DNA of 64,000 nucleotides from an uncultured Chloroflexia bacterium (GTDB lineage Bacteria > Chloroflexota > Limnocylindria > Limnocylindrales > CSP1-4). Numbering within the stretch: the stretch's first letter is position 1; each line of letters starts with the position of its first letter. The DNA is taken from assembly GCA_963819655.1 (NCBI GenBank), contig CAWFXA010000003.1, positions 32,001-96,000 on the forward strand. The letters run 5' to 3'. Shown piece by piece: positions 1-10,186 of this stretch. The position numbers and the translations under genes were made by a program. The notes below the pieces were generated by a model. It was not told where the DNA came from and did not search any database. It saw nothing but the letters and a program-made list of their open reading frames with translations.

Positions 1-608
1 CGGTCGGGATCGCCCTGGCCGCGAAGATCCGCAAGACCGGCCAGGTCGCGATGACGTCGATGGGGGAGGGGAGCAGCAACCAGGGAGACGTGCACGAGGG
101 CCTGAACTTCGCGGCGATCCACAAGCTGCCGTTCGTCTTCGTCGTCGAGAACAACGGCTACGCGATCAGTGTGCCGATGGCCCGCCAGGTGTCGGTGCCG
201 AATGTCGCCGAGCGGGCCGCCGGGTATGGCATCCCGGGGATCGTCGTCGACGGCAACGACGTGCTGGCCTGCTACGTCGCATCGCGCGACGCGGTCGCCC
301 GCGCCCGGGCTGGGGAGGGCCCGACGCTCATCGAGGCGAAGGTCACTCGTCTGACCGGGCACTCGTCCGACGACCAGCAGACGAAGTACCGGTCCGAGGA
401 GGAGCTCGCCGAAGAGCGCAAGCGCGACCCGCTGCCGGCCTTCCGCGCTCAGCTGCGGGACGCCGGAGTCCTGACCGACGAGATCGAGACCAATCTGGCA
501 GCCGAGATCAAGGGCATCGTCGACGAGGCGACCGACTTCGCCGAATCGCAGCCCGACCCCGACCCATCGACCGCGATGCGCTACGTGTTCGTCGAGGACG
601 TCGACTGA
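1..608 (+). CDS. bkdA1: 2-oxoacid (probably branched-chain) dehydrogenase E1 alpha subunit, 5'-truncated by window edge
   Basis: TPP-binding motif GEGSSNQG...VVENNGYAIS and GHSSDD loop; adjacent to E1 beta. Confidence 0.88.
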   Translation, partial: VGIALAAKIRKTGQVAMTSMGEGSSNQGDVHEGLNFAAIHKLPFVFVVENNGYAISVPMARQVSVPNVAERAAGYGIPGIVVDGNDVLACYVASRDAVARARAGEGPTLIEAKVTRLTGHSSDDQQTKYRSEEELAEERKRDPLPAFRAQLRDAGVLTDEIETNLAAEIKGIVDEATDFAESQPDPDPSTAMRYVFVEDVD

Positions 609-1591
609 TGCCGGCGAGGACCTTCATCGACGCCATCCGCGAGACGTTGGCCGACGAGATGCGCCGCGATGAGTCGGTGATCATCCTCGGCGAGGACGTC
701 GGCAAGAAGGGTGGCGTGTTCCTGGCGACCGACGGGCTGTGGGCCGAGTTCGGCGACGACCGGGTGATCGACACCCCCCTCACCGAATCGATGATCGTCG
801 GCGCATCGATCGGCGCTGCCGTCAACGGCCTGCGCCCGATCGCCGAGATCCAGTTCGCCGATTTCATCTTCCCTGCGTTCAACCAGATCGTGTCCGAGGC
901 CGCCCGGATGCGCTACCGCTCGAACAACGGCTACGGCGTGCCGATGGTCATCCGCGCGCCGTATGGCGGAGGCGTCCACGGCGCGCTGTATCACTCGCAG
1001 AGCGTCGAGGCGTTCTTCACTCACGTCCCGGGCCTGAAGGTGGTCGTCCCATCCACGCCGTACGACGCCCGCGGGCTGCTGCGCTCGTCGATCCGCAACG
1101 ACGACCCAGTGCTGTTCTTCGAGCACAAGAAGATGTACCGCTCGGTCCGCGGCGACGTGCCCGACACCGATTACACGATCCCGCTCGGCAAGGCGGCCGT
1201 GACCCACCCGGGTACCCAGATTTCGGTGTTCGCGTACGGACTCATGGCGCACTACGCGCTCGAGGCCGCCGATCGCGTGGCCGAGGAGGACATCAGTGTC
1301 GAGGTCGTCGACCTGCGCACGCTCCGACCGCTCGACAATGAGACTGTCCTCGAGTCGGTCCGCAAGACCGGCAAGTGCCTGATCGTGTACGAGGACAACC
1401 GGTTCGGCGGGTACGGCGCCGAAGTCGCGGCGTTGGTGGCCGAGGAGGCGTTCGACTACCTCGACGGGCCGGTCACGCGCATCGCGGGGCCCGACGTGCC
1501 AGGCGTCCCGTACAACCACGTCCTGGAAGACTGGTTCATGGTCAGCCCCGAGAAGATCGCCGACGCGATCCGCAAGCTGGCGGCGTACTGA
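608..1591 (+). CDS. bkdA2: 2-oxoacid dehydrogenase E1 beta subunit
   Basis: GEDVGKKGGVF, DTPLTES, EIQFADF, ARMRYRSN, HSQSVEA, VVDLRTLRPLD; TGATG overlap with E1 alpha. Confidence 0.9.
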   Translation: MPARTFIDAIRETLADEMRRDESVIILGEDVGKKGGVFLATDGLWAEFGDDRVIDTPLTESMIVGASIGAAVNGLRPIAEIQFADFIFPAFNQIVSEAARMRYRSNNGYGVPMVIRAPYGGGVHGALYHSQSVEAFFTHVPGLKVVVPSTPYDARGLLRSSIRNDDPVLFFEHKKMYRSVRGDVPDTDYTIPLGKAAVTHPGTQISVFAYGLMAHYALEAADRVAEEDISVEVVDLRTLRPLDNETVLESVRKTGKCLIVYEDNRFGGYGAEVAALVAEEAFDYLDGPVTRIAGPDVPGVPYNHVLEDWFMVSPEKIADAIRKLAAY

Positions 1592-1602
1592 CGGAGGGTG
1601 GC

Positions 1603-2010
1603 GTGCCCGATGACGAGTTCGGTCGACTGTTCGAGCGCTTCAGGTCGATGCTGGCGCCCTACGCCGCGAAGATGTATGTCTCGGAGGACTCGCCGCAATG
1701 GTTCGGCGTCGACATGGCGCCCGAGGCGGAGCGAGATCCGTCGACCTGGTTCGGCGCGACGCGCGTCGGGAGGCGCTACGTCAGCTACTACCTGATGCCG
1801 GTCTACGTCCAGCCGTCGCTGCTCGACGACGTCTCGCCGGCGCTGAAGAAACGGATGCAGGGCAAGTCCTGCTTCAACTTCTCCAAGGTCGATGAGCCGC
1901 TGCTCGCCGAGCTCGAGGCGCTGACCCGCAAGGGCTACGAGGCCACGGCGGGTGATCCGCGATGGGGCGCCGAGCGCCGACGCGAGGAGGGGCTTCGAGT
2001 AAGGTCCTGA
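1603..2010 (+). CDS. Small conserved protein, DUF1801-like
   Basis: GGAGGG RBS then GTG at 1603; YVSYYLMPVY...LKKRMQGKSCFNF motif. Confidence 0.65.
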   Translation: MPDDEFGRLFERFRSMLAPYAAKMYVSEDSPQWFGVDMAPEAERDPSTWFGATRVGRRYVSYYLMPVYVQPSLLDDVSPALKKRMQGKSCFNFSKVDEPLLAELEALTRKGYEATAGDPRWGAERRREEGLRVRS

Positions 2011-2042
2011 TCGGGGCTCACCGAGCATCGCTCGCGAGGAGA

Positions 2043-2234
2043 TCCTGCCAAATCGTCACCTGGTGAACGCAAGGCCACATTGCCAGCCCATCTCGCGACG
2101 CACCTGCATGTCCATCCAGCTCACTGGATACATCGCTACGTGGCACACCGCTAAGACTGCATGACGATGCACCTTCGGTGCCGTTCGAGCTCACATCGCT
2201 CGCCCGAGGTTCACCACATGATGATTTGGCAGGA
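2043..2234. repeat. MITE/REP-like element with 26-bp imperfect terminal inverted repeats
   Basis: TCCTGCCAAATCGTCACCTGGTGAAC (2043-2068) vs reverse complement of 2209-2234, 23/26 match; between convergent genes. Confidence 0.7.
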
Positions 2235-2252
2235 AACAGTTCCGGGCGGCGC

Positions 2253-2771
2253 CTAGGAGCGGTAGCGCCAGCTCGGTTCGCCGGGCTCGGGATCCGCACG
2301 GTAGATCCGGATCATCCAGGCAAGCCCGAGGGCCATGCCGCCGAAGCCGACGACGAGGTTGGCTTCGTCGAGCGTCAGGCCGAAGTACCGAGGTTCGAAC
2401 ATCGGCCCGCCCATCCAGCCCGGTCGAGCGACGAGGTCGAAGAGGACCAGCGGGATCAGCGCCCCTGCGAGCACGATCATGGCTCGCGCGATCTCTCGGC
2501 CGCGGCGACCCACCGACCAGGAGTTGACGCGCACCGGGACCGGCAGCTCGCGGTACCGCCAATACCTCGCGTCGGGTTCTGGGTCTGCCCGCCGGATCGT
2601 CAGCATGAAGACCAGTCCCACGAACATCCCGGTCAATCCCAGCACCGTCGGCCACGGGATCGGGTCTGTCCATGCAAACACGACAAACAAGATCGTGGCC
2701 AGGGTCACGACGACGCCGGCGGCGAGCACCAGCCTAGCCGCGCGCCGCGACTCTCGAACCTTGTCATGCAC
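2253..2771 (-). CDS. Hypothetical 4-TM membrane protein with internal duplication
   Basis: Hydrophobic segments; both halves end in RADPEP...WRYR. Confidence 0.65.
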   Translation of the reverse strand: MHDKVRESRRAARLVLAAGVVVTLATILFVVFAWTDPIPWPTVLGLTGMFVGLVFMLTIRRADPEPDARYWRYRELPVPVRVNSWSVGRRGREIARAMIVLAGALIPLVLFDLVARPGWMGGPMFEPRYFGLTLDEANLVVGFGGMALGLAWMIRIYRADPEPGEPSWRYRS

Positions 2772-2878
2772 GGTCGGTCGAGGATACGCCTGCCACGGCG
2801 CAAGATGGAACCTTTCCGGGGTCCCTGACGGACATACACGTCGAACGCGGAAGATGTCCGCGCCAGTCAGGCGGCACG

Positions 2879-3433
2879 ATGGATCGAGAGCTCGTGGTCT
2901 TGGCGAGGGAAGGCGATCATGACGCCTTCGCGCGCCTCGTCGCGGTCTCGGTGGGCCGACTCAATGCGATCGCGCGGCTGATCCTTCGTGACTACGGCCT
3001 GGCCGAGGACGCGGTCCAGGACGCCTTCGTCGACGCGTGGCGAAGTCTTCCCGGATTGCGTGAACCCGATCGATTCGATGCGTGGATGACCAGGCTGCTC
3101 GTTCGCTCCTGCCAGGACACGCGCCGTCGGGCCCGTCGGCGGGCCGTCGAGCTCCCGCTCCTGGCCCACGACGATCCAGACATCGCCGACCACCAAGCTG
3201 CATTCGCGGTGACCGACCAGCTCGAACGTGGCCTTCAGGGCCTGACCGTCGATCAACGGACGGTGATCGTGCTGTCGTTCTATCTCGATCTGCCCATCGC
3301 CGAGGCGGCTGCCGCGCTCGGTGTCCCAGCCGGGACCATGAAGTCCCGCCTCCATCGGGCGATCGCGGCCCTCCGCGCCACTGTCGATGCGGACGACCGA
3401 CCGATCGCTCGGACCGCGGAGCGAACGATATGA
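2879..3433 (+). CDS. ECF-type RNA polymerase sigma factor
   Basis: Region 2 AEDAVQDAFVDAW...FDAW; region 4 LPIAEAAAALGVPAGTMKSRLHRA. Confidence 0.92.
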   Translation: MDRELVVLAREGDHDAFARLVAVSVGRLNAIARLILRDYGLAEDAVQDAFVDAWRSLPGLREPDRFDAWMTRLLVRSCQDTRRRARRRAVELPLLAHDDPDIADHQAAFAVTDQLERGLQGLTVDQRTVIVLSFYLDLPIAEAAAALGVPAGTMKSRLHRAIAALRATVDADDRPIARTAERTI

Positions 3434-4533
3434 CAGCCCAACGCGACGTCGAACTGTTTCTCCGCGCCCACCTCGAGGCGACCGCCGATCGCACCGTCGC
3501 TGACGGTCAGGTCGACGCGATCCTCGCCACGACCGTCGGCCGCCGGCAGCAACCGGCCTGGCTGGCGTCCTTGAGGAGCCACCCGATGTCCACCACAGCC
3601 CGCACGCTCGGACGCCCGATGTCGGCGCCCGGATGGGCGCTGTTACTCATCCTCGCTTTGCTCATCGCAACCGCAGCCGTCGGTCTCACCGTCGGTGGCT
3701 GGCGGCTCGCTCCTGCACCGGTCCTCAATGGGCCGATCGTGTTCGGCCGTTTCGACCCCGCGGTGAGCGACACCGTGATCCACTCCATCCGCCCAGACGG
3801 CTCGGCACTCCGGGTCGTCCTCGCCGGACCGAACGAATGCCCACAGTTCTCGCCGGATGGCCGCCAGCTGGCGATCGCCATGAAGGTCGTCGACGTCGGC
3901 GGGACGAACGTGAGGTCCCTTCCGAACCACGCCGGCCCCGCGACGCTGGGCTGCTCGACGTGGTCGCCGGACGGCACCCGGCTGGCCGTCGAAGGTTTCG
4001 CCGACAACGACCCATCGGCCAGCGGGATCTTCCTCGTCAACTCCTCCGATGGCAGCGACGTCGTCCAACTCACGGCCAACGGCCAGGGTAGCAACGATGT
4101 GCCCGGTGACTTCTCGCCGGATGGCAGCCAGCTGTCCTACATCCGCGGTACCCCGGGAACGGAGTCCGGCAAGCTATGGATCGTGGATCTCGCCACCGGC
4201 GAATCCCGCGAAGTGAGTTCGCGCGAGCTGGCGCTTGGGACCACGTGGTCGCCCGATGGGCAATGGATCGTCGGTTCGAGTGCCGATCGCTTCGTGGTCG
4301 TCCGCCCGAACGGCGCGGACTTGTACGAGCTCAGAGTGCCGGCGAACGCCGGCGGGGTCGGCAGCCCGTCCTTCTCGCCGGACGGGACTCGTCTCGTCTT
4401 TTCCATGGGGCTCGCCGGCGCATCGAACAACGACATCTACACCATGAAGCTGGACGGCACGGATCTTGTCCAGCTGACGAACACGCCCGACGACAATGAG
4501 TACTTCACCGATTGGGGGATCGATCCGCGGTAG
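3430..4533 (+). CDS. Putative anti-sigma factor: TM helix plus TolB/PD40-like beta-propeller
   Basis: ATGA overlap with the sigma gene; one TM; repeated FSPDG/WSPDG motifs. Confidence 0.78.
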   Translation: MTAQRDVELFLRAHLEATADRTVADGQVDAILATTVGRRQQPAWLASLRSHPMSTTARTLGRPMSAPGWALLLILALLIATAAVGLTVGGWRLAPAPVLNGPIVFGRFDPAVSDTVIHSIRPDGSALRVVLAGPNECPQFSPDGRQLAIAMKVVDVGGTNVRSLPNHAGPATLGCSTWSPDGTRLAVEGFADNDPSASGIFLVNSSDGSDVVQLTANGQGSNDVPGDFSPDGSQLSYIRGTPGTESGKLWIVDLATGESREVSSRELALGTTWSPDGQWIVGSSADRFVVVRPNGADLYELRVPANAGGVGSPSFSPDGTRLVFSMGLAGASNNDIYTMKLDGTDLVQLTNTPDDNEYFTDWGIDPR

Positions 4534-4553
4534 GCGACCCTCCGACGGATCGC

Positions 4554-4584
4554 AACGCGACGCCCTCACCGAGGGCGTCGCGTT
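4554..4584. terminator. Hairpin between convergent genes
   Basis: AACGCGACGCCCTC-ACC-GAGGGCGTCGCGTT, perfect 14-bp stem. Confidence 0.65.
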
Positions 4585-4588
4585 CGTG

Positions 4589-7237
4589 TCAGCCGGTTCG
4601 ATCGTGGGCAGGGTCGCCCGGCCCCCAGGTCTCGTCCTGGATGCGGACGATGAGCGCGACCGCCTGATCGATCGTCATCTGGCGTCCTTTCGCGAATGCG
4701 GCTTCGTAGCCATCCTTGCCGAGCGCCTCCATCACATGCCCGTGTGGATCGCTCACTCCGAGCAACTCGCGTAGACCGAGGGGCGCCTTCACGCCGTACA
4801 GCTCACCCAGATGGTCCGACGCGCCGAGCAGGATCCCAGCGTCTTCCGGGCGCCCCGCCTGGAGAGCCAGCAGTGCTGCCACCGGGATCCCGATGGTCGT
4901 CCCAGTCACATCCCGGAGCGAGCCGGAGCCGACCATGGCGCGGATGTACCAGCGGCTGGCTGTCGCAACATCCCCAGCCATGTAGTGCACCCACGCGATG
5001 CTCATGTACGTCTGGGACGTGTACCAAGGGTCCCCCTCCCGCTCGAACTTCTCGGCCAACGCCTCCAGGGTCGCCAGCCCGATCATCGAAGGATGGTCTC
5101 CTCCCAGCACCGTCACCTCTGACCACTCGACCCTGGCCGCGCCGCGCGCGTCGCCGATCTGCTCGTAGAGGCGACGGGCCGTTTGCAGCATCTCGGTCGT
5201 GCCGGCGGGGTCCTCGGCGATGTACCGCTCGAACGACAAGTTCCAGGTCGCGTCGGCCTCGTACGCGATGTCCCCTAACTGGCGAGCCAACTCCAGTTCC
5301 TCCCCGTAGTGGCGGAAGGAGTCATCGCGCCGTCCGTGCCAGTAGGCGATGCCCCCGGCAGCAGACAGCGCGGCGAGCCGTGCCGATGTCGGCGCGTCCG
5401 CACCCGGCATCGCGAGGACACTCTCGGCAAGCTCGGTCGCTTCGACGAGCCGGCCGTCCTGCTGCCAGTACCGCCACAACGCGGCCACGAATCGGAGCGC
5501 GAGCTCGGCCTCGCCCGTGTCGATCGACCAGCGGATCGCGGCGCGAAGATTGGGATAGTCGATGGTCAGGCGATCGAGCCAGCGCGGCTGGTCCGGCCCC
5601 GTCAGGTTGGGTGCGGCCGTCTCGGCGAGGGCCAGATACGCATCTGCGTGCCGCTGCCTAACAGGCTCCTCCCGGCCGTCGTCCCGGAGTCGCTCGAGCG
5701 CGAAGGCTCGGATCGTCTCGAGCATCTCGAACCGGATGCCCGTCCCACTCGCGTCGCGTTTGATCAGGCTCTGATCGACCAGTGTCGCCAGCTGATCCAG
5801 CACATCGCCACCGTCGGTTGGCGACTCGACGACCTGGACGGCCTGCTCGTAGTCGAAGCCGCCGTCGAAGACCGCGAGGTCGTGCAGGACACCTTGGAGC
5901 TCGGGTCCGAGGAGGTCGTGGCTCCAGGCGATCGCGCCCGCCAGGGTCCGCTGTCGATCGGGCACGTTCCGCGGACCGGAGCCCGGCAGCGGCAGATGTG
6001 CGAGGAGGCGGTCGCGGATAGCCGCCAGCGGCAGGTGCGCGACGCGCGCTGCTGCGAGTTCCACTCCGAGCGGCAGCCGGTCGAGGAGCGCGCAGACCTC
6101 GTCGACGACGACGCTGTCAGCACCCGCATCCCAGCCCGGTCGGACCGAGCGCGCGCGTTCCGCGAACAGCCGTGGACAGTCCGCACCCAGGCTCTGGACC
6201 GGGTACTCCTGCTCACCACCGATCCGCAACGGTGCGCGGCTGGTCACGAGGATCCGCGAGGCCGGCGAAGCGTCGAGGAGATCAGCGACGTAACCGGACG
6301 CGTCGAGGAGTCGCTCGAAGTTGTCGAGCACGAGCAACATCGACCGATCGGCAAGATACGGTCGAAGGCCCTCCGTGGCGGGGCGTCCCGGACCGTCGTG
6401 CAGACCGATCGTTCGGGCGATGGTCGCTCCGACGTCCGCGGGGTCCTCGAGATCGGCCAGCGGCACGAACCACGCCCCGTCGCCGAAGCGGTCCGCCGCC
6501 CGGCGTGCGGTCTCCACGGCGAGGCTGGTCTTGCCGATGCCGCCCGGCCCCGTGAGCGTGACGAGTCGTCGTTCAGCCACGAGGTCGGCGAGCTCGTCGA
6601 GCTCCGCGTCGCGCCCGATGAAGCTCGTCACTCTCGACGGCAGGTCACCGACCGTCGCGGCTCCCGACCGAAGGGCGGGGAACTCCGTTTGGAGGCCCGC
6701 CATGTCGAGCTGGAACAAGTGCTCGGGACGCGGCACGTCACGGAGAGCGTGCCGGCCGAGGTCGCGCACGGCCACGCCCTCCGGCAGCGCGTCCGCGATG
6801 AGCGCTCGGGTCGGCTCGGACAGCACGATCTGGCCGCCGTGGCCCGCCGCGGCGATGCGCGCCGCCCGGTTCACCTCGAACCCGCCGTAATCGTCGCCCG
6901 CCAGGTAGGCCTCGCCGGAGTGCAGTCCCATCCGGACGCGCAGATCGGCCCCCTCGGGCCACGGATGGGCGACGAGAGCTCGTTGCGCGGCGATGGCAGC
7001 GAAGACGGCGGCGCGCGCCTCGGGGAAGACCGCGAAGACGGCGTCGCCCTCGGTGCGCACGGAGATGCCGCCGTGCTCGTCGATCTCGCGCCGGATGATG
7101 CCCATGTGCGACGCGCTCACGGCGTCCCACGCACGGCCGAGCTCCTGGACGAGCCCCATCGACCCCTCGATATCGGTCCGCAGGAACGTGACGGTCCCGG
7201 TCGGGAGCGCGCGCCGGCCAGGCTCGGTGTCGACCAC
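4589..7237 (-). CDS. Class III adenylate/guanylate cyclase - STAND (NB-ARC-like) ATPase - TPR protein
   Basis: TFLRTDIEGS, TEGDA, RMGLHSGEA, VNRAARI; Walker A GPGGIGKTS; Walker B LLVLDNFE. Confidence 0.9.
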   Translation of the reverse strand: MVDTEPGRRALPTGTVTFLRTDIEGSMGLVQELGRAWDAVSASHMGIIRREIDEHGGISVRTEGDAVFAVFPEARAAVFAAIAAQRALVAHPWPEGADLRVRMGLHSGEAYLAGDDYGGFEVNRAARIAAAGHGGQIVLSEPTRALIADALPEGVAVRDLGRHALRDVPRPEHLFQLDMAGLQTEFPALRSGAATVGDLPSRVTSFIGRDAELDELADLVAERRLVTLTGPGGIGKTSLAVETARRAADRFGDGAWFVPLADLEDPADVGATIARTIGLHDGPGRPATEGLRPYLADRSMLLVLDNFERLLDASGYVADLLDASPASRILVTSRAPLRIGGEQEYPVQSLGADCPRLFAERARSVRPGWDAGADSVVVDEVCALLDRLPLGVELAAARVAHLPLAAIRDRLLAHLPLPGSGPRNVPDRQRTLAGAIAWSHDLLGPELQGVLHDLAVFDGGFDYEQAVQVVESPTDGGDVLDQLATLVDQSLIKRDASGTGIRFEMLETIRAFALERLRDDGREEPVRQRHADAYLALAETAAPNLTGPDQPRWLDRLTIDYPNLRAAIRWSIDTGEAELALRFVAALWRYWQQDGRLVEATELAESVLAMPGADAPTSARLAALSAAGGIAYWHGRRDDSFRHYGEELELARQLGDIAYEADATWNLSFERYIAEDPAGTTEMLQTARRLYEQIGDARGAARVEWSEVTVLGGDHPSMIGLATLEALAEKFEREGDPWYTSQTYMSIAWVHYMAGDVATASRWYIRAMVGSGSLRDVTGTTIGIPVAALLALQAGRPEDAGILLGASDHLGELYGVKAPLGLRELLGVSDPHGHVMEALGKDGYEAAFAKGRQMTIDQAVALIVRIQDETWGPGDPAHDRTG

Positions 7238-7246
7238 GTGCCGACT

Positions 7247-10036
7247 CTACTGGGTGGAGATGCGCTCCGCGAGCGTCGCCAGCATGGCCATCGCCGCGCC
7301 GGGGCGCTCGCGCAGGATCGCCCGGAGGCCGTCGCCGCCGACCACGAGTCCATGCACATCGCCGACGGCGATCACCGTCGCGGCGCGTGGGCGGTCGCGC
7401 AGGACGGCGAGCTCGCCGATATGCTCGCCCGCTTGATAGCTCCGGACGAAACGTTCTCCGCCGTCGGCGGTCGCGTGGACGACGCGAACCGAGCCCTCGA
7501 CGATCACCACGAGCTCATCGCCGACGTCTCCCTCGCGCATGAGCGCGCTGTCCGCCGGATAGTCCCGCTCCGTCGCGACCAGCGCGATCCGTTGCAGGTC
7601 CTCCGGCTCGAGGCCGGCGAACAGCGGGATCTTGCGCAGGAGCAGCATCCTGTCGAACTCGGTCGACACCCGGTCGTCTGTCGTCATCGTCGCCTCGTGC
7701 GCGCCGGTCGTGAGCGATGCATGGACGGTCCTGCTCAGCCTGGCGATCCAGCTGTCGTCATCTTGCGTCAGCCGTTCGAGCGCCGCCATCGGATCCGGAC
7801 TGGTTTCCTCCGACACGGCCTCGAGACAGGCGGTCAGCGCGTGCCCGAGGCTTCGGTCGCCGAGCGAGTCGAGCGCCTCGATCGCCTGCGCTCGGGCGTC
7901 CTGGTCGGGCGACCGCAGCGAGCGCCGCATCAGGCCGCCGGCCGTCGGTGCACCGACCGCGACGAGTGCGGCGATCGCACGGTCCTCGGCACGTCGCGCA
8001 CGCTGAGAGACGACCGTCTCGAGGAAGCCAATCTCCTCGCCGCGGGCCGGCAAGGCGGCGACCGCGCCGTGTGCCCGGTGGAGGTCCTCTGCGCGGCCGA
8101 TCTGGTCCCTGGCCCATGACAGGAGATCCGCGTGGACCTCGTCCGCGTGGCTCGCGACGGCGACTAGCGCCGCGTCCTGCGCTCGCGGCGAGCCCGAGCG
8201 GATGACGGTCACGAGACCGGGGCCGGCCCCCGATCGATCGGCCAGTGCGATGGCGGCCGCCGACCGGACCGCGTGGGCGTCGTCGTCGAGCGAGCTGAGA
8301 AGCACGGCCGTCGGGGCGGCTTCCTCCCGGTCGTTCCGAGCCGATAAGGCCCGGATCGCCCCCGCCCGGACCGCTGGGTTCGCATCGCCGAGGAATGGCG
8401 TCACGAGGTCCGACGGCACGCGACCCGGGACGCGAGACGCTGCTCCGAGACCTGCCACCTGGTCATCGGGGTCTCGTGACGCCAGCAGGGACGCGATCAT
8501 CGTCCCGGGACGAACGTCAGCCGGATCGCCTGCGAGCGCGGCCGCGACTTCCGCGCGGACACCGGGCGACGGATCGTCAACCAGCCCGCCAAGCCGCTCT
8601 CGCTCGTCCGGACGGAGAGGGCCGGCGCGCCCCATCAATGCCGCGGCCAATCGCCTCGTGTCTGGATCAGGGTCGGCGAGGGCGGTCACCAGCGCGAGCC
8701 GGACGTCGGGTCGGTCGAGGGCGGCAGGCAGACCCGGACCTCCCTCGAGCACCTGCTCGGCGAGCCCGGATCGGAGGGCGGTGAGCAGGCTGTTGGCATA
8801 CAGCCGCCGGATGCCCAGCACGATGATCGTGGCGATGACCGCCGTGACCAGTCCGAGCCAGAAGACCGGGTCGAGCCCGCTGAGGTTCGCCGCGAGCAGG
8901 AGCAGCACGCCGGAGAGCACCGTCCCGACCTGGCCGGGCACGCCGTCGTTGAACGCGAGGACCTGTGCCCGCCGGTTCGATGGGACGACGTTGTAGAACG
9001 CGCTCCAGGCGGCATTCGAGATGCCGCGCTGCGTCACCTGCTGGGCGAACCGGAACGCGGCCGCGGTCGCGAAGGAGAACTGGAGGAGCCAGGCCGCGAA
9101 CCCGACGACGTACACGAGCGGCAGGGCGAGGGCCCCTGCCGAGATGCCGAAGCGCGCGTACAGGCGGTTCGCGACTGTCAACGACACGATGAACGATATG
9201 GCGGTCACGGCGGTCGACAACAGACCGAGCGCGGTCGCGAGCTGGACCTTGTCCGGGAACTCGCTCGAGGCGGCGATCATGAACGGGAACGACACCGAGA
9301 ACAGCAGGACCGCGAGCAGGACGTACGCGAGCGCAACCAGCCGCATCAGCGGTGACCTGAGCACGGTGTCGAAGCCGGTCCGCAGGTCGGTGACCACCGA
9401 CGATCGACCGGCCGGCAGCACCGCTCGCGCACGCGGCCGCGGAAGCCGGGCGAGCAGGCCGGCCGCGAGCACGAGCAGGACCGCCTGCACGACGATGAGC
9501 GACTCGACGCTCACGATCCCGGCCACGGGACCGGCAAACAGCGTCCCGAGGAAGCTCCCGGCGATCGCCGCGCTGGTCAGGAGCGGAAAGAGGCGCTTTG
9601 CCTGGCGGGCATCGAACGTGGCGCCGCTGACGGTCCACGCGATCGTGAAGTTGATCGTGCTCGAGGCGAAGACGGTAAGCCAGACCAACGGCACGAGCTC
9701 GGTCGCGCCCATGGCGAGCCCGATCCGTAGGGCCACGAGTAGGGCGCCCACGGAGACGAGGACACCGATGTACAGCGGGACTCTCGGCAGCCGACCAAGG
9801 GCGACCGCATAGCCGAGTGACACGACGAACCCGACGATCCCGAGCGCGATGTACAGGTAGGGTAGGGTCGTCGGCAACGTCTCGGGCCCGAACCGCGCGA
9901 GCACGAGCGCGTCCGCCCCGACCTCGCCGATCCCACGGGCGCCTTCGAGGGTGGCGAACAGCGCCGCCACACCGCCGACGAGCCGGCCCTCGCCGGGCCG
10001 GACCGCGAGGACGCGCGCGAAGCGGACCGGGTCCAT
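7247..10036 (-). CDS. MFS/Npt1-like membrane domain - HEAT repeats - cyclic nucleotide-binding domain protein
   Basis: About 12 hydrophobic helices with FDARQAKRLFPL; HEAT-like repeats; C-terminal REGDVGD...GELAVLRDRPRAATV; ATG at 10036 preferred over the longer ORF, which overlaps the E2 gene. Confidence 0.85.
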   Translation of the reverse strand: MDPVRFARVLAVRPGEGRLVGGVAALFATLEGARGIGEVGADALVLARFGPETLPTTLPYLYIALGIVGFVVSLGYAVALGRLPRVPLYIGVLVSVGALLVALRIGLAMGATELVPLVWLTVFASSTINFTIAWTVSGATFDARQAKRLFPLLTSAAIAGSFLGTLFAGPVAGIVSVESLIVVQAVLLVLAAGLLARLPRPRARAVLPAGRSSVVTDLRTGFDTVLRSPLMRLVALAYVLLAVLLFSVSFPFMIAASSEFPDKVQLATALGLLSTAVTAISFIVSLTVANRLYARFGISAGALALPLVYVVGFAAWLLQFSFATAAAFRFAQQVTQRGISNAAWSAFYNVVPSNRRAQVLAFNDGVPGQVGTVLSGVLLLLAANLSGLDPVFWLGLVTAVIATIIVLGIRRLYANSLLTALRSGLAEQVLEGGPGLPAALDRPDVRLALVTALADPDPDTRRLAAALMGRAGPLRPDERERLGGLVDDPSPGVRAEVAAALAGDPADVRPGTMIASLLASRDPDDQVAGLGAASRVPGRVPSDLVTPFLGDANPAVRAGAIRALSARNDREEAAPTAVLLSSLDDDAHAVRSAAAIALADRSGAGPGLVTVIRSGSPRAQDAALVAVASHADEVHADLLSWARDQIGRAEDLHRAHGAVAALPARGEEIGFLETVVSQRARRAEDRAIAALVAVGAPTAGGLMRRSLRSPDQDARAQAIEALDSLGDRSLGHALTACLEAVSEETSPDPMAALERLTQDDDSWIARLSRTVHASLTTGAHEATMTTDDRVSTEFDRMLLLRKIPLFAGLEPEDLQRIALVATERDYPADSALMREGDVGDELVVIVEGSVRVVHATADGGERFVRSYQAGEHIGELAVLRDRPRAATVIAVGDVHGLVVGGDGLRAILRERPGAAMAMLATLAERISTQ

Positions 10037-10186
10037 GCCTGCATACCCTACCCACCGTGAGGGTCGGTCATCGACCCTCGGTGCGCTCGCTCCGGCGGCG
10101 CGGCCGCAGCGACACTCGACCGCGATCGCCCGGATGGGCGACACTAGGCCAGTCGCGAGACGACGACCCGCGAAGGAGCAGCGAAC

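Noticed and set aside
10126-10141. Palindrome TCGCCCGGATGGGCGA upstream of E2 as a member of the island regulons
   Set aside because: Different spacer length, no third half-site and no -10 at 22-23 bp; may be chance in high-GC DNA.
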